Below, piece by piece: positions 1-11,108 of a stretch of 64,000 nucleotides of DNA. Every line of letters starts with the position of its first letter. Positions within the stretch are counted from its first letter, which is position 1. Source of the DNA: an uncultured Pelagibacteraceae bacterium (GTDB lineage Bacteria > Pseudomonadota > Alphaproteobacteria > Pelagibacterales > Pelagibacteraceae); NCBI GenBank assembly GCA_902524105.1, contig CABZCD010000001.1, forward strand, positions 12,733 to 76,732, read 5' to 3'. The notes below the pieces were generated by a model, which had not been told where the DNA came from, made no database searches, and was given only the letters and a program-made list of their open reading frames with translations. The position numbers and the translations under genes were made by a program.

Positions 1-116
1 ATGGCTTAAATATGTTTATTTATCAAGGACAAAAATCTTTTTATTTATGGAATAAAATTAACCCTGAGGTAGATGATGAGCTACTAAAGTTATTGGAGTC
101 GAAGTTAAATCGATGA
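1..116 (+). CDS. aroE: Shikimate dehydrogenase, 3' end only (runs off window start)
   Basis: Frame from nt 3 reads GLNMFIYQGQKSFYLWNKINPEV...NR*, matching the AroE C-terminal GLxMLxxQ...F.LW motif; stop overlaps coaE start (ATGA); aroE-coaE-dnaQ order is conserved. Confidence 0.85.
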   Translation, partial: GLNMFIYQGQKSFYLWNKINPEVDDELLKLLESKLNR

Positions 117-664
117 AAATTGGAATAACAGGGTCTCTATCTTCAGGAAAATCATCAGTTGCTAAAATATTATCAAAAAATAATAGACTGCTTTTTAGTG
201 CAGATAAGGCTGTTAAAGATTTGTACTCAAATCATCAATTTAAAAAAAAAATAAAAAAAAAATTAAAATTAAAAAAAAAAAATATTAAAGAGGAAATAAG
301 GACTAAATTATTAAAGGAGGAAATATCCTTGGTAGAACTAGGAGCAATAATTCATCCTTTTGTTAGAAGAAAAATGAGAGAGTTTTATAAAAAAAACATA
401 AGAAAAGAAATTGTATTTTTTGAAATTCCTCTACTTATAGAGAGTAAATTAATGAATTTTTTTGATTATATAATTTTAGTAGTAGCTCCTAGAAAAGATA
501 GATTGAAACGTTATCTTAAAAATGGTGGCAAAAATGAAATGTTTTATCTTTTGGATAAAAACCAAATATCCGCTAAAAAAAAAATTAAATATTGTGACTA
601 TTTAATTGTTAATAATAAATCAAAAAACTATCTTAAAAAAAAAGTCACTGATATAATCAGATAA
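113..664 (+). CDS. coaE: Dephospho-CoA kinase
   Basis: IGITGSLSSGKS P-loop, IIHP and EIPLLIE motifs; synteny. Confidence 0.93.
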   Translation: MKIGITGSLSSGKSSVAKILSKNNRLLFSADKAVKDLYSNHQFKKKIKKKLKLKKKNIKEEIRTKLLKEEISLVELGAIIHPFVRRKMREFYKKNIRKEIVFFEIPLLIESKLMNFFDYIILVVAPRKDRLKRYLKNGGKNEMFYLLDKNQISAKKKIKYCDYLIVNNKSKNYLKKKVTDIIR

Positions 665-1326
665 TGTCAGAAATATTTCTAGATATAGAAACTACAGGGC
701 TATCATTCAAAGACAATCATAAAATCGTAGAGATTGCTTGTATTGAAACTAATGAATTAATCCCCACCAAAAAGGTATTTCATAAAATTATAAATCCTGA
801 GCGCAATGTTCCGGATGAAGCTTTTAAAATTCATGGTTTTTCAACTTCTTTCCTAAAAGACAAACCGAAATTCAGAGAAATTGCTGATGAACTTTTAAAT
901 TTTATTAATGGAAAGGATCTAATTATTCACAATGCATCTTTTGATATACCTTTTATAAATCATGAACTTAAATTAATTAAAAAAAACTTAATTACTAAGA
1001 ATAAAATTATTGACAGCTTAGAATTAGCTAGAAGTAAGTTCCCAGGGACATCTAATTCTTTAGATGCGCTTTGTAAAAGGTTTAATGTAGATCTTTCTAG
1101 AAGATCAAAGCACAACGCTGTTTTAGATTGTGATTTATTACGGGAGGTTTATATCAACCTTCTTGATGCCAAGGAGCCTAAATTATCTTTCAGTTCTTCT
1201 ATTGAGCAAAAAAGTAATCAAAGTTCAGATTTAAAATACTCCAAAAAAGTTATTCATCTGTCGGAGGAAGAATTGAAAAATCACAATTTATTTTTGAAAA
1301 CAGAGCTTAAAAAAAATTATTTTTAA
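664..1326 (+). CDS. dnaQ: DNA polymerase III epsilon subunit (3'-5' exonuclease)
   Basis: LDIETTG (ExoI), HNASFD (ExoII), HNAVLD (ExoIII). Confidence 0.96.
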   Translation: MSEIFLDIETTGLSFKDNHKIVEIACIETNELIPTKKVFHKIINPERNVPDEAFKIHGFSTSFLKDKPKFREIADELLNFINGKDLIIHNASFDIPFINHELKLIKKNLITKNKIIDSLELARSKFPGTSNSLDALCKRFNVDLSRRSKHNAVLDCDLLREVYINLLDAKEPKLSFSSSIEQKSNQSSDLKYSKKVIHLSEEELKNHNLFLKTELKKNYF

Positions 1327-1739
1327 TTTTGTCTTGATAAGTATAGTTTATTAAAATCAACATTTGGATCTATTTTGATTTCCCTAAATCCTGAACTCTC
1401 AAAAATAAAAATAAAAACTTTTCTTAGTTCAGGGTAAACTTCAGTTGGAATTTTAACTAGTATAATCTCCTCTAATTTTTTTTTATCAGTGAAATCCTTA
1501 TCTAATTCAACTAAAGTTGAATACGTAACTAGTGCATTAATTTTATCTAGGTTGTTTTCTTTGGGCTCTAAGGCAAGAGTTGTTTGTATTTCTATAATAT
1601 TATCTTTAAATCTATTACTTTTAATATCTATTTTAAATTTATAATTAGAAATATCTTTCGCAAGAGATAAGAATTTATCAGGTTTAGAGATGTCAAAACT
1701 CAGTGATTTTACGTATTTTGCAATTATTTTATAATTCAT
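1323..1739 (-). CDS. secB: Protein-export chaperone SecB (divergent)
   Basis: YVKSLSF N-terminal motif, P..VYP.LR and VDF.KLY C-terminal pattern; dnaQ/secB/fxsA/Tim44 synteny. Confidence 0.8.
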   Translation of the reverse strand: MNYKIIAKYVKSLSFDISKPDKFLSLAKDISNYKFKIDIKSNRFKDNIIEIQTTLALEPKENNLDKINALVTYSTLVELDKDFTDKKKLEEIILVKIPTEVYPELRKVFIFIFESSGFREIKIDPNVDFNKLYLSRQN

Positions 1740-2142
1740 CTTTTTTATCTTCTATTATTTCAGCTTCAATAACTTCTTCATTTTTTGTCTGGTTTTTACT
1801 TTTTTTCATTATTGGAGAAAGTATTATTTTTCTTGTAATTGGAATTAGCAAAAGGAAACCAATAGCATCAGTAAAAAAACCCGGAATAATTAGAAAAACA
1901 GCAGCTACTGCAATTGACGCTCCAGATAATATTTCATAAATTGGTAGCTTATTTTGGTAGATATTTATAAACCCGGACTTTATAGTTTTGATACCTTGAA
2001 TTCTCGCAAAATAAAGGCCCACAACGGCAGTAAAAATTATTAATAAAATAGTGTTTATTGCCCCAATATTCTCTCCAATTTTAATAAAAAGCAATATTTC
2101 TATTATTGGTACAGCTATAATTGATATTAGTATTGTGTTCAT
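1729..2142 (-). CDS. fxsA: FxsA family membrane protein
   Basis: PIIEI N-terminus, LIIPGFFTD motif, hydrophobic segments. Confidence 0.92.
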   Translation of the reverse strand: MNTILISIIAVPIIEILLFIKIGENIGAINTILLIIFTAVVGLYFARIQGIKTIKSGFINIYQNKLPIYEILSGASIAVAAVFLIIPGFFTDAIGFLLLIPITRKIILSPIMKKSKNQTKNEEVIEAEIIEDKKDEL

Positions 2143-2186
2143 TTGTCTGATACAAAAATATATTAATAATGTATATTTAGCAAATT

Positions 2187-2792
2187 ATGAGTAGTAACTT
2201 TGGATATATAGATATTATATTGTTGGCTATGATAGCTGGCTTTATAATCTTAAGATTAAGAAGTATTTTAGGCAGAAAAACTGGCCATGAAGAGAAAGTT
2301 TATCCCAGATTTTCTGAAAAAAAATTTGAAGAATTTAGCAAACAACAAGAAGTAAAATTTAAAAAGAAAAATCCTAATGAACTTGAAGGAGAAGATAAAG
2401 AAAAGTTTATCCGCGGGGCAGAAATAGCTTACGAGACAATAATCACTTCATTTGCAAAAGGAGATAAAAAAAGTTTAAAAAACCTTTTAACCCCAAGAAT
2501 GGCGACTAATTTTAACCAAGCAATCTCCGAAAGAGAAGATAAAGGTATTAAGTCTGAATTAACATTTATAGGTATAAAAGAGTCAAATGTTGAAAAATAC
2601 GAAACAATTCAAGATAATATTTTCGCTACAGTTAAATTTGTATCTGATATAATTTCAGTTAAAAAAGACAAAAATAATAATGTGGTTGAAGGGAATCCAG
2701 ATAGAATAAAAACTGTAACAGACCAATGGAAATTTTCAAAAAAAGTTTCTAGTAATAGTCCCAATTGGTATTTAGCTGAAATTTTAAGCTAG
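2187..2792 (+). CDS. Tim44/TimA family putative adaptor protein
   Basis: N-terminal TM then LRSILGRKTG; F..GA..AYE.I; D.W.F...PNW.L C-terminus. Confidence 0.9.
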   Translation: MSSNFGYIDIILLAMIAGFIILRLRSILGRKTGHEEKVYPRFSEKKFEEFSKQQEVKFKKKNPNELEGEDKEKFIRGAEIAYETIITSFAKGDKKSLKNLLTPRMATNFNQAISEREDKGIKSELTFIGIKESNVEKYETIQDNIFATVKFVSDIISVKKDKNNNVVEGNPDRIKTVTDQWKFSKKVSSNSPNWYLAEILS

Positions 2793-3205
2793 TGAAAAAA
2801 AAGGACAATCTCTCACAAAAAGATAAAGAAGACTGGAAAAATTTTTTAGAGGATACATCTCGTATACCAGACAAAGATAAAATAAATCAATTAAGAGAAA
2901 GAAATAGAACTATTAGACTTGATTTGCATGGACTGACATTAAATGAGGCGAACAAAAAAGTTAAAGACATTATAATTTCATGTAGTGAGAAAAATTATAA
3001 AACAATACTTTTAATTACTGGCAAAGGATTACACTCTAAAGATAATGATGTCTATAAATCCTCAAAACTAAGTAAACTTAAATATTCAGTACCCGAATAT
3101 ATTAAATCAGAACCGGAAATCTCTAAATTAATATTATCGATTAAAACACCTTCTCAAAAAGATGGAGGCGAAGGTGCTCTTCTTATTCAATTAAAAAAGT
3201 TATAG
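2792..3205 (+). CDS. Smr/MutS2-domain protein
   Basis: LDLHG, LITGKG, GGEGAL motifs. Confidence 0.92.
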   Translation: MKKKDNLSQKDKEDWKNFLEDTSRIPDKDKINQLRERNRTIRLDLHGLTLNEANKKVKDIIISCSEKNYKTILLITGKGLHSKDNDVYKSSKLSKLKYSVPEYIKSEPEISKLILSIKTPSQKDGGEGALLIQLKKL

Positions 3206-4579
3206 AATAAATTTCGATAAATCAGTATCTTTAACTAAGTCTCCTAAGTTTTTCTTCACGTAATCTTTATCAACAATTATTTTTTCTCCAGACTTGTCTG
3301 TTGCGTTAAAGCTTATATCATCAAGAACTTTTTCAATAATGGTGTGTAATCTCCTTGCTCCAATATTTTCAATTGAAGAGTTTACCTCTGTTGAAATTTT
3401 AGCAAGCATTTCAATACCATCATCTTTAAATTCCAGATCAACATTTTCTGTTTTCAAAAGAGCCTTGTATTGTTTAATCAAACTGTTATCTGGTTCTTTC
3501 AAAATTCTGATAAAATCTTTTTCATTTAATGCACTTAATTCCACCCGTATAGGCAATCTTCCTTGTAACTCAGGAAGTAAATCTGAAGGCTTCGCAAGTT
3601 GAAAAGCTCCAGATGCAATAAATAATATATGGTCTGTTTTAATTGGACCATGTTTAGTATTTACAGTTGTTCCTTCTATGAGCGGTAAAAGATCTCTTTG
3701 TACTCCTTCTCTCGATACATCTCCACCCACTCTATCACCTCTTGCAGAAACTTTGTCTATTTCGTCTAAAAAGACTATTCCATTGTCTTCTGTAGATTTT
3801 TTTGCCTCTTGAACAATTTTATCTTCCTCAATCATTTTATCGGACTCTTGTGATACTAAAATCTCATGAGATTCTTTAACAGTCATCTTTTTCTTTTTCC
3901 CTTTTTTATTTCCCATGGATTTACCTAGTATTTCTCCAATGTTTACCATGCCAACATTTGCACCAGGCATACCTGGAATTTCAAAACTAGGCATTGATGA
4001 ATTCGTGTCTAAAACCTCTATTTCAATTTGGTTGTTGTCCAGGTCACCGTTTCTAAGTCTTTTTCTAAAACTTTCTCTTGTTGCAACAGAGGCTTTATTA
4101 CCTACTAAAGCATCTAAAACTTTATTCTCTGCTAATAATTGAGCTTTTGCATGAACTTCTTTCCTTTTTTTCTCTCGTTCCATTGCTATTGCAATTTCAA
4201 CCAAATCCCTAATAATCTGTTCAACATCTCTACCAACATATCCAACTTCAGTAAATCTAGTGGCCTCAACTTTAATAAATGGTGCTTCTGCTAATTTTGA
4301 TAATCTTCTAGAAATTTCAGTTTTGCCAACTCCAGTGGGCCCAATCATTAATATATTTTTAGGTAAAACTTCATCCTTCATTTCATTTGATAAGGCCTGT
4401 CGTCTCCATCTATTTCGTAAAGCAACTGCTACAGCTTTTTTTGCTTCTTCTTGACCAATAACGTATCTATCTAACTCTGAAACTATTTCTCTGGGAGACA
4501 AGGCGCTCACCTTACTTTGATCTACTTTTTGTTTATCTTTTACTAAATTTAAATTTGTAATTTTTTTTGATCCTGACAT
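3200..4579 (-). CDS. hslU: ATP-dependent protease ATPase subunit HslU
   Basis: [28 protein letters not shown]; start moved to ATG at 4579 so it does not overlap hslV. Confidence 0.97.
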   Translation of the reverse strand: MSGSKKITNLNLVKDKQKVDQSKVSALSPREIVSELDRYVIGQEEAKKAVAVALRNRWRRQALSNEMKDEVLPKNILMIGPTGVGKTEISRRLSKLAEAPFIKVEATRFTEVGYVGRDVEQIIRDLVEIAIAMEREKKRKEVHAKAQLLAENKVLDALVGNKASVATRESFRKRLRNGDLDNNQIEIEVLDTNSSMPSFEIPGMPGANVGMVNIGEILGKSMGNKKGKKKKMTVKESHEILVSQESDKMIEEDKIVQEAKKSTEDNGIVFLDEIDKVSARGDRVGGDVSREGVQRDLLPLIEGTTVNTKHGPIKTDHILFIASGAFQLAKPSDLLPELQGRLPIRVELSALNEKDFIRILKEPDNSLIKQYKALLKTENVDLEFKDDGIEMLAKISTEVNSSIENIGARRLHTIIEKVLDDISFNATDKSGEKIIVDKDYVKKNLGDLVKDTDLSKFIL

Positions 4580-4580
4580 T

Positions 4581-5120
4581 TTATAATTTTTCCATAGTAA
4601 TATTGTTATTAGTGAAAACACAAATTTCTGAAGCAACTTTAATTGCTTTCTTTGCTATATCTTCTGCTTTCATATCAGTTTCCATTAGCACTTTAGCTGC
4701 TGCTAATGCATAATTTCCTCCCGAGCCTATACCAATAATTCCATCTTCTGGCTCTAGAACATCTCCAGTTCCTGAAATGATAAAGCTTTTTTCTTTATCG
4801 GCAACTGCCATTAAGGCTTCTAGTCTTCTTAAATATTTATCGCTTCGCCAATCTTTTGCTAATTCTACAGCTGCCCTTGAAAGATTTCCTGCATGTTTTT
4901 CAAGCTTAGCCTCTAACCTCTCAAATAATGTGAGAGCGTCAGCTGTAGAACCGGCAAAACCGGCTATCACATTTCTTTTCTCAATTTTTCTTACTTTTTT
5001 TGCTTTACTTTTTAGCACAGTATTACCTAGGCTTACCTGCCCATCCCCAATTACAATAGTTTCATTGTTCTTTCTTAAAAGAACAATTGTGGTTCCATGC
5101 CATTTTTCAGCTGTATTCAT
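4581..5120 (-). CDS. hslV: ATP-dependent protease peptidase subunit HslV
   Basis: HGTTI catalytic Thr, [13 protein letters not shown]. Confidence 0.97.
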   Translation of the reverse strand: MNTAEKWHGTTIVLLRKNNETIVIGDGQVSLGNTVLKSKAKKVRKIEKRNVIAGFAGSTADALTLFERLEAKLEKHAGNLSRAAVELAKDWRSDKYLRRLEALMAVADKEKSFIISGTGDVLEPEDGIIGIGSGGNYALAAAKVLMETDMKAEDIAKKAIKVASEICVFTNNNITMEKL

Positions 5121-5128
5121 GTTATTCT

Positions 5129-5156
5129 ATGTGGAGATTAATTTTATTTCTTCAAT
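5129..5156 (-). promoter_or_regulatory. Probable sigma32 (RpoH) promoter for hslVU
   Basis: Minus strand ATTGAA-N14-CTCCACAT, resembling CTTGAA-N13/14-CCCCATNT, 8 nt upstream of the hslV ATG. Confidence 0.6.
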
Positions 5157-5222
5157 AGACATTTTGTGTTTATTGATAAAAAGTCTAATTATATATATAT
5201 CATAAGATTAATCGGCTATTTT

Positions 5223-5813
5223 ATGAAAAGAAAAGCTAAAATACTTAGAAAAACTAAAGAAACAAGTATTTCTGTGGAAGCCAACATTGATGGCAAAGGC
5301 AAATACAATGTAAATACCGGTATAGGATTTTTAGACCACATGCTTGAACAACTTTCTAAGCACTCACTGATAGATTTAAATATTAAGGCAAAAGGGGACA
5401 CTCATATTGATCTTCACCACACAACAGAAGATAGTGGAATAGCAATAGGAGAAGCGATTAAAAAAGCTGCAGGAAATTTAAAAGGAATTAAAAGATATGC
5501 TTCTGCCATGATACCTATGGACGAGACTTTAAGTAGAGTTTCTTTAGATGTGTCTAATAGGCCGTATCTAATTTGGAAAGTAGATTTAAAAGTTGAAAAA
5601 TTAGGTGAAATGGATACTGAGCTTTTTAAAGAATGGTTCCAAGCTTTTTCACAATCTGCAGGGATAACGCTTCACGTTGAGAATTTGTATGGGGATAACA
5701 GTCACCATAAAATTGAGTCATGTTTTAAAGGATTAGCAAGGTCTTTAAAGGAAGCTTTTACAATCGATAAAAGAATTAAGACCTCAATTCCCTCTACAAA
5801 AGGCTCGCTTTAA
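5223..5813 (+). CDS. hisB: Imidazoleglycerol-phosphate dehydratase
   Basis: R.TKET, FLDHML, HHTTED, NSHH.IE; start placed at ATG 5223. Confidence 0.97.
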   Translation: MKRKAKILRKTKETSISVEANIDGKGKYNVNTGIGFLDHMLEQLSKHSLIDLNIKAKGDTHIDLHHTTEDSGIAIGEAIKKAAGNLKGIKRYASAMIPMDETLSRVSLDVSNRPYLIWKVDLKVEKLGEMDTELFKEWFQAFSQSAGITLHVENLYGDNSHHKIESCFKGLARSLKEAFTIDKRIKTSIPSTKGSL

Positions 5814-5826
5814 GTCTGTAACAAAT

Positions 5827-6540
5827 ATGAACATATTTCCAGCAATTGATCTTAAAAATCAAAAATGCGTTAGATTAACCAAGGGAGAGTTCTCTAGCGT
5901 AAAGATATACAATGAAGATCCAGTCCGCCAAGCTGAAATTTTTTTTGAGAATGGATTAAAATTTTTACATATTGTTGATTTGGATGGTGCTTTAGCCGGT
6001 GAATTAAAAAACTTAAATATAATTGAGAGTATAATAAAAAAATTTAGTTTAAGAGTACAAGTTGGGGGCGGAATAAGAAATGAAGAAAGTATAAAAAAAT
6101 TAATAGGAATAGGAGCGGATAAAATTATTTTAGGTACCGCTGCAATTAAAGATGATGTTTTTTTAAAAAAAAGTTGTAGCAGATACTCAAAATCAATTGC
6201 TTTAGCTTTAGACGTGAGAGCAAACAAAATTGCTGTGTCAGGATGGAAAGATCAAACAGATTTGGATGTCTTTGACTATTTAGAAAAAGTAAAAGACTAT
6301 GGAGTCTCAAGAGTGATTTATACAGATATAAATAAAGATGGCATGACAAATGGCCCTAACTTTAAAGACACCTACAAGTTGGCAGATACATTTAATATCC
6401 CCTTTTTAATATCTGGAGGAATTAGTTCATTGGAAGATGTTAAAAAAGTGATTAAAGACAATAAAAAGATTGAAGGTATAATAATTGGAAAAGCAATTTA
6501 TGAAAATAAAATCAAACTTTCAGAGTTAGGAAAAATATAA
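5827..6540 (+). CDS. hisA: ProFAR isomerase
   Basis: [31 protein letters not shown]. Confidence 0.96.
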   Translation: MNIFPAIDLKNQKCVRLTKGEFSSVKIYNEDPVRQAEIFFENGLKFLHIVDLDGALAGELKNLNIIESIIKKFSLRVQVGGGIRNEESIKKLIGIGADKIILGTAAIKDDVFLKKSCSRYSKSIALALDVRANKIAVSGWKDQTDLDVFDYLEKVKDYGVSRVIYTDINKDGMTNGPNFKDTYKLADTFNIPFLISGGISSLEDVKKVIKDNKKIEGIIIGKAIYENKIKLSELGKI

Positions 6541-7298
6541 TGTCAAAAGTCAGAATTATACCTTGTTTAGATGTAGAAAATGGAAGAGTTGTGAAAGGAG
6601 TAAATTTTGTTGATTTAGCAGATGCAGGAGATCCAGTTGTTCAAGCACAATTATATTATGAAGGAGGCGCTGATGAAATATGTTTTTTAGATATAACCGC
6701 CTCTTATGAAAAAAGAAAGGCGATGCTAGAAGTTGTTAAAAAAACTACTAGAAATTGTTTTATACCAATTACAGTAGGCGGTGGAGTAAGCAGTTTAGAA
6801 GATATAAATAATCTACTTCTTTCTGGAGCTGATAAAGTTTCGATTAATACAGCTGCTGTTAAAGATATAAATTTTATCAAAGAAGCTTCAAAGAAATTTG
6901 GCGCCCAATGCATAGTAGTAGCCGTAGACGCAAAAAAAATTTCAGAAAAAAAATGGGAAGTGTTTACTCATGGAGGAAGAAACAAGACAGGTATAGACGC
7001 AATCGAGTATGCAAAAAAAGCTCAAAATAATGGAGCCGGTGAGATTTTACTAACTTCAATGGATAAAGATGGAACAAAATCGGGATATGATTTAGAGTTA
7101 CTTAAAAAGATTACATCTTCTTTATCAATACCGGTTATAGCATCTGGAGGAGTTGGGAATTTAGATCACCTTTATGAGGGAGTAAAAGATGGAGGAGCTA
7201 GTGCTTTACTGGCTGCATCAATCTTTCACTTCGGAGAACTTTCAATCAAAGAGGTAAAGGATTATTTGAACTCTAAAGGAATACCCGTTAGGATTTAA
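6540..7298 (+). CDS. hisF: Imidazole glycerol phosphate synthase cyclase subunit
   Basis: [33 protein letters not shown]. Confidence 0.97.
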   Translation: MSKVRIIPCLDVENGRVVKGVNFVDLADAGDPVVQAQLYYEGGADEICFLDITASYEKRKAMLEVVKKTTRNCFIPITVGGGVSSLEDINNLLLSGADKVSINTAAVKDINFIKEASKKFGAQCIVVAVDAKKISEKKWEVFTHGGRNKTGIDAIEYAKKAQNNGAGEILLTSMDKDGTKSGYDLELLKKITSSLSIPVIASGGVGNLDHLYEGVKDGGASALLAASIFHFGELSIKEVKDYLNSKGIPVRI

Positions 7299-7299
7299 A

Positions 7300-7572
7300 A
7301 TGCTTAAAGATTTAGAAGATTTAATAAAAACAATCAGAGATCGAAAAAACTCTTCACCCCATGAATCTTACACAAATAAACTTTTAAATGATAAAAATTT
7401 ATCTGTTTCTAAAGTGAGAGAGGAGATAAGTGAACTAATAGAATCTGTGGAAAAAAACACAAATAAAATTCATGAAAGCGCTGATGTGATATATCATCTT
7501 CTAGTATATTTTGAAGCAAATAATATAAAAATTGAAGACGTGATAAAAGAACTGGTAAAAAGAAAAAAGTAA
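7300..7572 (+). CDS. hisE: Phosphoribosyl-ATP pyrophosphatase
   Basis: SYT.KL, KV.EE..E, E.AD..YHL. Confidence 0.92.
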   Translation: MLKDLEDLIKTIRDRKNSSPHESYTNKLLNDKNLSVSKVREEISELIESVEKNTNKIHESADVIYHLLVYFEANNIKIEDVIKELVKRKK

Positions 7573-7929
7573 ATGCCTTACGATAAAAATAATATTTTTG
7601 CTAAGATTTTAAGAGGAGAAATACCTTGTAATAAGATTTTTGAAAACGATCACGTTTTATCATTTCATGACATAAATCCTCAAAAAAAAATACACGCACT
7701 TGTAATACCCAAAGGAGAATATATCGACTTAGACGATTTTAATAAAAAAGCGAGTGAAAAGGAAATTGTTGAATTTCACAAAGCAGTAAGCCATGTGTCA
7801 AGTTTATTAGGAGTTTCAAGCAAAGGTTATAGAGTGCTTTCGAATATTGGATCTGATGGTGGTCAAGAAGTTCCCCACCTTCATTTTCACATATTTGCTG
7901 GAGAAAAAATTGGAAAGATGGTCTTGTAA
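7573..7929 (+). CDS. HIT family nucleotide-binding protein
   Basis: NIFAKILRGEIP and histidine triad HLHFH. Confidence 0.95.
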   Translation: MPYDKNNIFAKILRGEIPCNKIFENDHVLSFHDINPQKKIHALVIPKGEYIDLDDFNKKASEKEIVEFHKAVSHVSSLLGVSSKGYRVLSNIGSDGGQEVPHLHFHIFAGEKIGKMVL

Positions 7930-7930
7930 G

Positions 7931-8440
7931 ATGAAAAAAGTTCAAAGATATTTTCTAGATTATGAATTTTCACAAAATGACAAAATTCCAGAAATTAAAA
8001 ATGAAAATTTATCCAAGTTTTTTCTTAATGAAAAAAAAAATTATGAGATAAACAAATTTTTCTACAAACAAATCGGAAAAGACCATTTTTGGAGGGATAG
8101 ACTCATATGGACTGATAAACAATGGTTGAAATATTCTACTAACCCGCTTTTAGAAACTTGGATACTTAAAAATTGTAAGGGTGAATTAGTTGGTTATTAT
8201 GAAATTGAAAAACACGAAAGTAAAGAATTTGAGCTTATAAATATGGGGATATTAAGTGAATATAGATCAAAAGGATTTGGATCTTTATTGTTAAATCACG
8301 TGCTTAAAAAATCATTTGATAATAAAGCAGATAAAGTTTGGGTTCATACTTGCTCACTAGATCATAAGTTTGCTTTAACAAATTACTTATCAAGAGGTTT
8401 TAAAATATTTAAAAAAGAGAAAATAAACTTCGTAGCCTAA
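7931..8440 (+). CDS. GNAT family N-acetyltransferase
   Basis: YRSKGFGSLLL acetyl-CoA motif, VWVHTCSLDH..AL.NY..RGF; start at ATG 7931. Confidence 0.88.
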   Translation: MKKVQRYFLDYEFSQNDKIPEIKNENLSKFFLNEKKNYEINKFFYKQIGKDHFWRDRLIWTDKQWLKYSTNPLLETWILKNCKGELVGYYEIEKHESKEFELINMGILSEYRSKGFGSLLLNHVLKKSFDNKADKVWVHTCSLDHKFALTNYLSRGFKIFKKEKINFVA

Positions 8441-8994
8441 CTTTTACTAGGTAAAGTAAAGATATCATTGTTAATCATTTGATTAATAGATATAATCTCA
8501 ATTTCAAAAATTATTTGATTGTTGTATTGATCTGATGACACCCATCCTGCCAATAAGAAATCTTTTTTATTAAACCTAATTAATGTTTTGGAATCATTTT
8601 TATCTAAAAAAACGATATTTATATACTCATCTATAATTGCTTCATTTTCATTTATTATTTTTTTTAATTCATTCTTCCTAAGAATATTTATAAAAGCAGA
8701 TTTGGATAACGGATAAAAAAGTGTCTTTCCATATCTTTTCTGAGTAACTGCTATCATTTTTTTATTTACAATAATCTCCTTTTTATTTTTGTCATCGTAA
8801 TCACATTTCAATTTGCTAGGGAAAACAAGAATACATTTTCCTTTCTCTATTTTATCATTTGTTTTTTGAATGAATTTAAACTGAATATTATTTATGTAGT
8901 TTAATTTATTAATAATTTTAGATTTTTCATTTGCATTTGAGTGTGTAAAAATTAGATATAAACAAAAAAAAATAGCAGCTCTGGATAGTTTCAA
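8437..8994 (-). CDS. lolA: Outer-membrane lipoprotein carrier LolA family
   Basis: Signal peptide, F.Q...G....P.K....Y pattern; directly downstream of ftsK. Confidence 0.8.
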   Translation of the reverse strand: MKLSRAAIFFCLYLIFTHSNANEKSKIINKLNYINNIQFKFIQKTNDKIEKGKCILVFPSKLKCDYDDKNKKEIIVNKKMIAVTQKRYGKTLFYPLSKSAFINILRKNELKKIINENEAIIDEYINIVFLDKNDSKTLIRFNKKDFLLAGWVSSDQYNNQIIFEIEIISINQMINNDIFTLPSKS

Positions 8995-8996
8995 TC

Positions 8997-11075
8997 TTAA
9001 AGTACCTCTCGTTTACCAACGTGATTTGCTTTGCTGACGATACCTTTTTCCTCCATCATATCAATAATTCTAGCAGCTCTATTGTATCCGATTTGTAGTT
9101 TTCTCTGTAAAAAGCTAGTCGAAGCTTTTCCCTCAGATTTAACGATATTTATAGCTTCGTTATAGAGCTCGTCACCTTCCTCATCTGAAATATTTTTATC
9201 ACCTTCATTAGCGTTAGAAACGGCAGTAATATCCTCAATGTAGTCAGGTTCTCCTTGAGCACGTAAAACGCTACTTATTTTTTCTATTTCTTTTTCTGAA
9301 ACATAAGGACCATGAATTCTTATAATTCTATTTGCTGATGACATAAATAGCATATCTCCTTTTCCTAATAGCTGTTCTGCTCCTTGTTCTCCTAGTATGG
9401 TTCTACTATCAATTTTCGAACTTACCTGAAAAGAAACTCTTGTTGGAAAATTAGCTTTGATGGTTCCTGTAATTACATCTACGCTAGGCCTTTGAGTTGC
9501 CATTATGATATGAATTCCGGCAGCCCGTGCCATTTGAGATAATTTTTGAATGTAATTTTCAATTTCTTTTCCTGCCACCAACATCAGGTCTGACATTTCA
9601 TCTACAACAACAACAATAAAAGGCATTTTTAATTTATGCTTTTCATTATAACCATCAATATTTCTCACTCCTACTTTTGACATAAGTTTATATCTGTTAT
9701 TCATCTCTCTAACAGTCCACCCAAGAGCCGAAGTAGCTTTTTTTGCATCAGTAATAACAGGGGATAATAAATGAGGAATTCCCTCATAGGCTGAAAGCTC
9801 TAACATTTTCGGGTCGATCAAAATTAATTTACAGAGCTCAGGACTTAATTTGTATAACAAAGATGTAATTATTGTGTTAACACAGACAGATTTTCCTGAA
9901 CCTGTTGTACCAGCAATTAATAAGTGAGGCATTGAAGTCAAGTCACCTATTATAGGTACGCCTGAAATACTTTTTCCTAACGCTATAGGTAATTTTAAAT
10001 CACGACTTCTAAACCGCTCATTTGCTATAATTTCTCTTAAAAAAACTCCCTCCCTGTTTTCATTAGGTATTTCTATCCCTACAGTATTCTTGCCTGGGAT
10101 GACAGCTACTCTTGCTGATGTTGAACTGGTGTTTCGTGCCAAGTCGTCAGATAAGTTTACAATTTTTGAAACTTTAACTCCAGCAGCAGGTTCAAATTCA
10201 TACAAACTTACAACTGGTCCATTATTAATTTTTTGTATTTGTCCATTAATACCAAAGTCTTGCAAGATACCTTCCATAAATTTCCCATCAGGCCTATTTT
10301 TATTCATTTCTTGGGGAGATAATTTTGTATTATTTTTTTCAAGTAAATCAATTGATGGTAATTGAAATTTTTTTGATTTTTCTAATGTTTTAGTTTGTTC
10401 TTTATTAAAGAAAAAACTTTGTTGAGTTTCTTTCTGTTCATCATATACTATATTTTTTTCTATTACATCATTACTTTCATTTTCGATAACCGCATTTTTA
10501 TTACTAGAAGAAAATGAAAATAACTTTGAAACAATTTTTTTTAAGTTGATTTCAGAGCTAAGAATAAAAAATAGTATTGTTGAAAAAATTAGAACAAAAC
10601 TTGTATATTGATTTTCAATTAATGGTGTGTATTGGTATATAAAATTATATACCAATTCTCCGATGAAACCAGAGTTACCATTATCAAGAAGCCAAAAAGA
10701 ATTATTAAATGTTATATGTAAAAATGTGCATCCAAAAATTAGATACAAAGTTAAAAAAAATAATTTGTAAATAATATTTTTCAACTCTTTTTCAACTAAT
10801 AATTTTAAGCCCCATGAAATTAAAGTAATCAGCAATAAAAACGAAATTAAACCAAAACTTTGTAATAAAAAGTCCGAAACTTTACTTCCATATATCCCAA
10901 AGAAATTTTTTATATTTGAGCCAGATTCTCCATATACCAAGGATGGATCTGATGGAGAATAAGTGGCGAATGAAATAGTTAAAGCTATTCCTAACGAAAT
11001 TAGAAGCAATCCAACAAACTCAAAGGTTCGTTTTTTTAAAAAATTTGTTAAACTGTTTAAAAAGTTTGTATTCAT
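8997..11075 (-). CDS. ftsK: DNA translocase FtsK
   Basis: N-terminal TM domain, PHLLIAGTTGSGKS, ATQRPS, gamma domain LQRKLQIGYNRAAR. Confidence 0.97.
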   Translation of the reverse strand: MNTNFLNSLTNFLKKRTFEFVGLLLISLGIALTISFATYSPSDPSLVYGESGSNIKNFFGIYGSKVSDFLLQSFGLISFLLLITLISWGLKLLVEKELKNIIYKLFFLTLYLIFGCTFLHITFNNSFWLLDNGNSGFIGELVYNFIYQYTPLIENQYTSFVLIFSTILFFILSSEINLKKIVSKLFSFSSSNKNAVIENESNDVIEKNIVYDEQKETQQSFFFNKEQTKTLEKSKKFQLPSIDLLEKNNTKLSPQEMNKNRPDGKFMEGILQDFGINGQIQKINNGPVVSLYEFEPAAGVKVSKIVNLSDDLARNTSSTSARVAVIPGKNTVGIEIPNENREGVFLREIIANERFRSRDLKLPIALGKSISGVPIIGDLTSMPHLLIAGTTGSGKSVCVNTIITSLLYKLSPELCKLILIDPKMLELSAYEGIPHLLSPVITDAKKATSALGWTVREMNNRYKLMSKVGVRNIDGYNEKHKLKMPFIVVVVDEMSDLMLVAGKEIENYIQKLSQMARAAGIHIIMATQRPSVDVITGTIKANFPTRVSFQVSSKIDSRTILGEQGAEQLLGKGDMLFMSSANRIIRIHGPYVSEKEIEKISSVLRAQGEPDYIEDITAVSNANEGDKNISDEEGDELYNEAINIVKSEGKASTSFLQRKLQIGYNRAARIIDMMEEKGIVSKANHVGKREVL

Positions 11076-11108
11076 ATCGAATCGTAATACTTACTTTTTA
11101 TCATTATT

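Noticed and set aside
241-282. Long poly-A tracts in coaE (up to 12 A), with similar runs in parB and holA, as possible phase-variation or slippage sites
   Set aside because: Frames are intact and the runs encode Lys-rich stretches expected in such an AT-rich genome
3294-5205. Antisense ORFs over hslU/hslV, and similar ones over hisA, ftsK, dnaJ, dnaK, maeB, nusA, infB, pnp and katG
   Set aside because: Shadow frames of conserved genes, rich in Ser/Phe/Ile/Leu as expected from the reverse complement of Lys/Glu/Asn codons; no motifs
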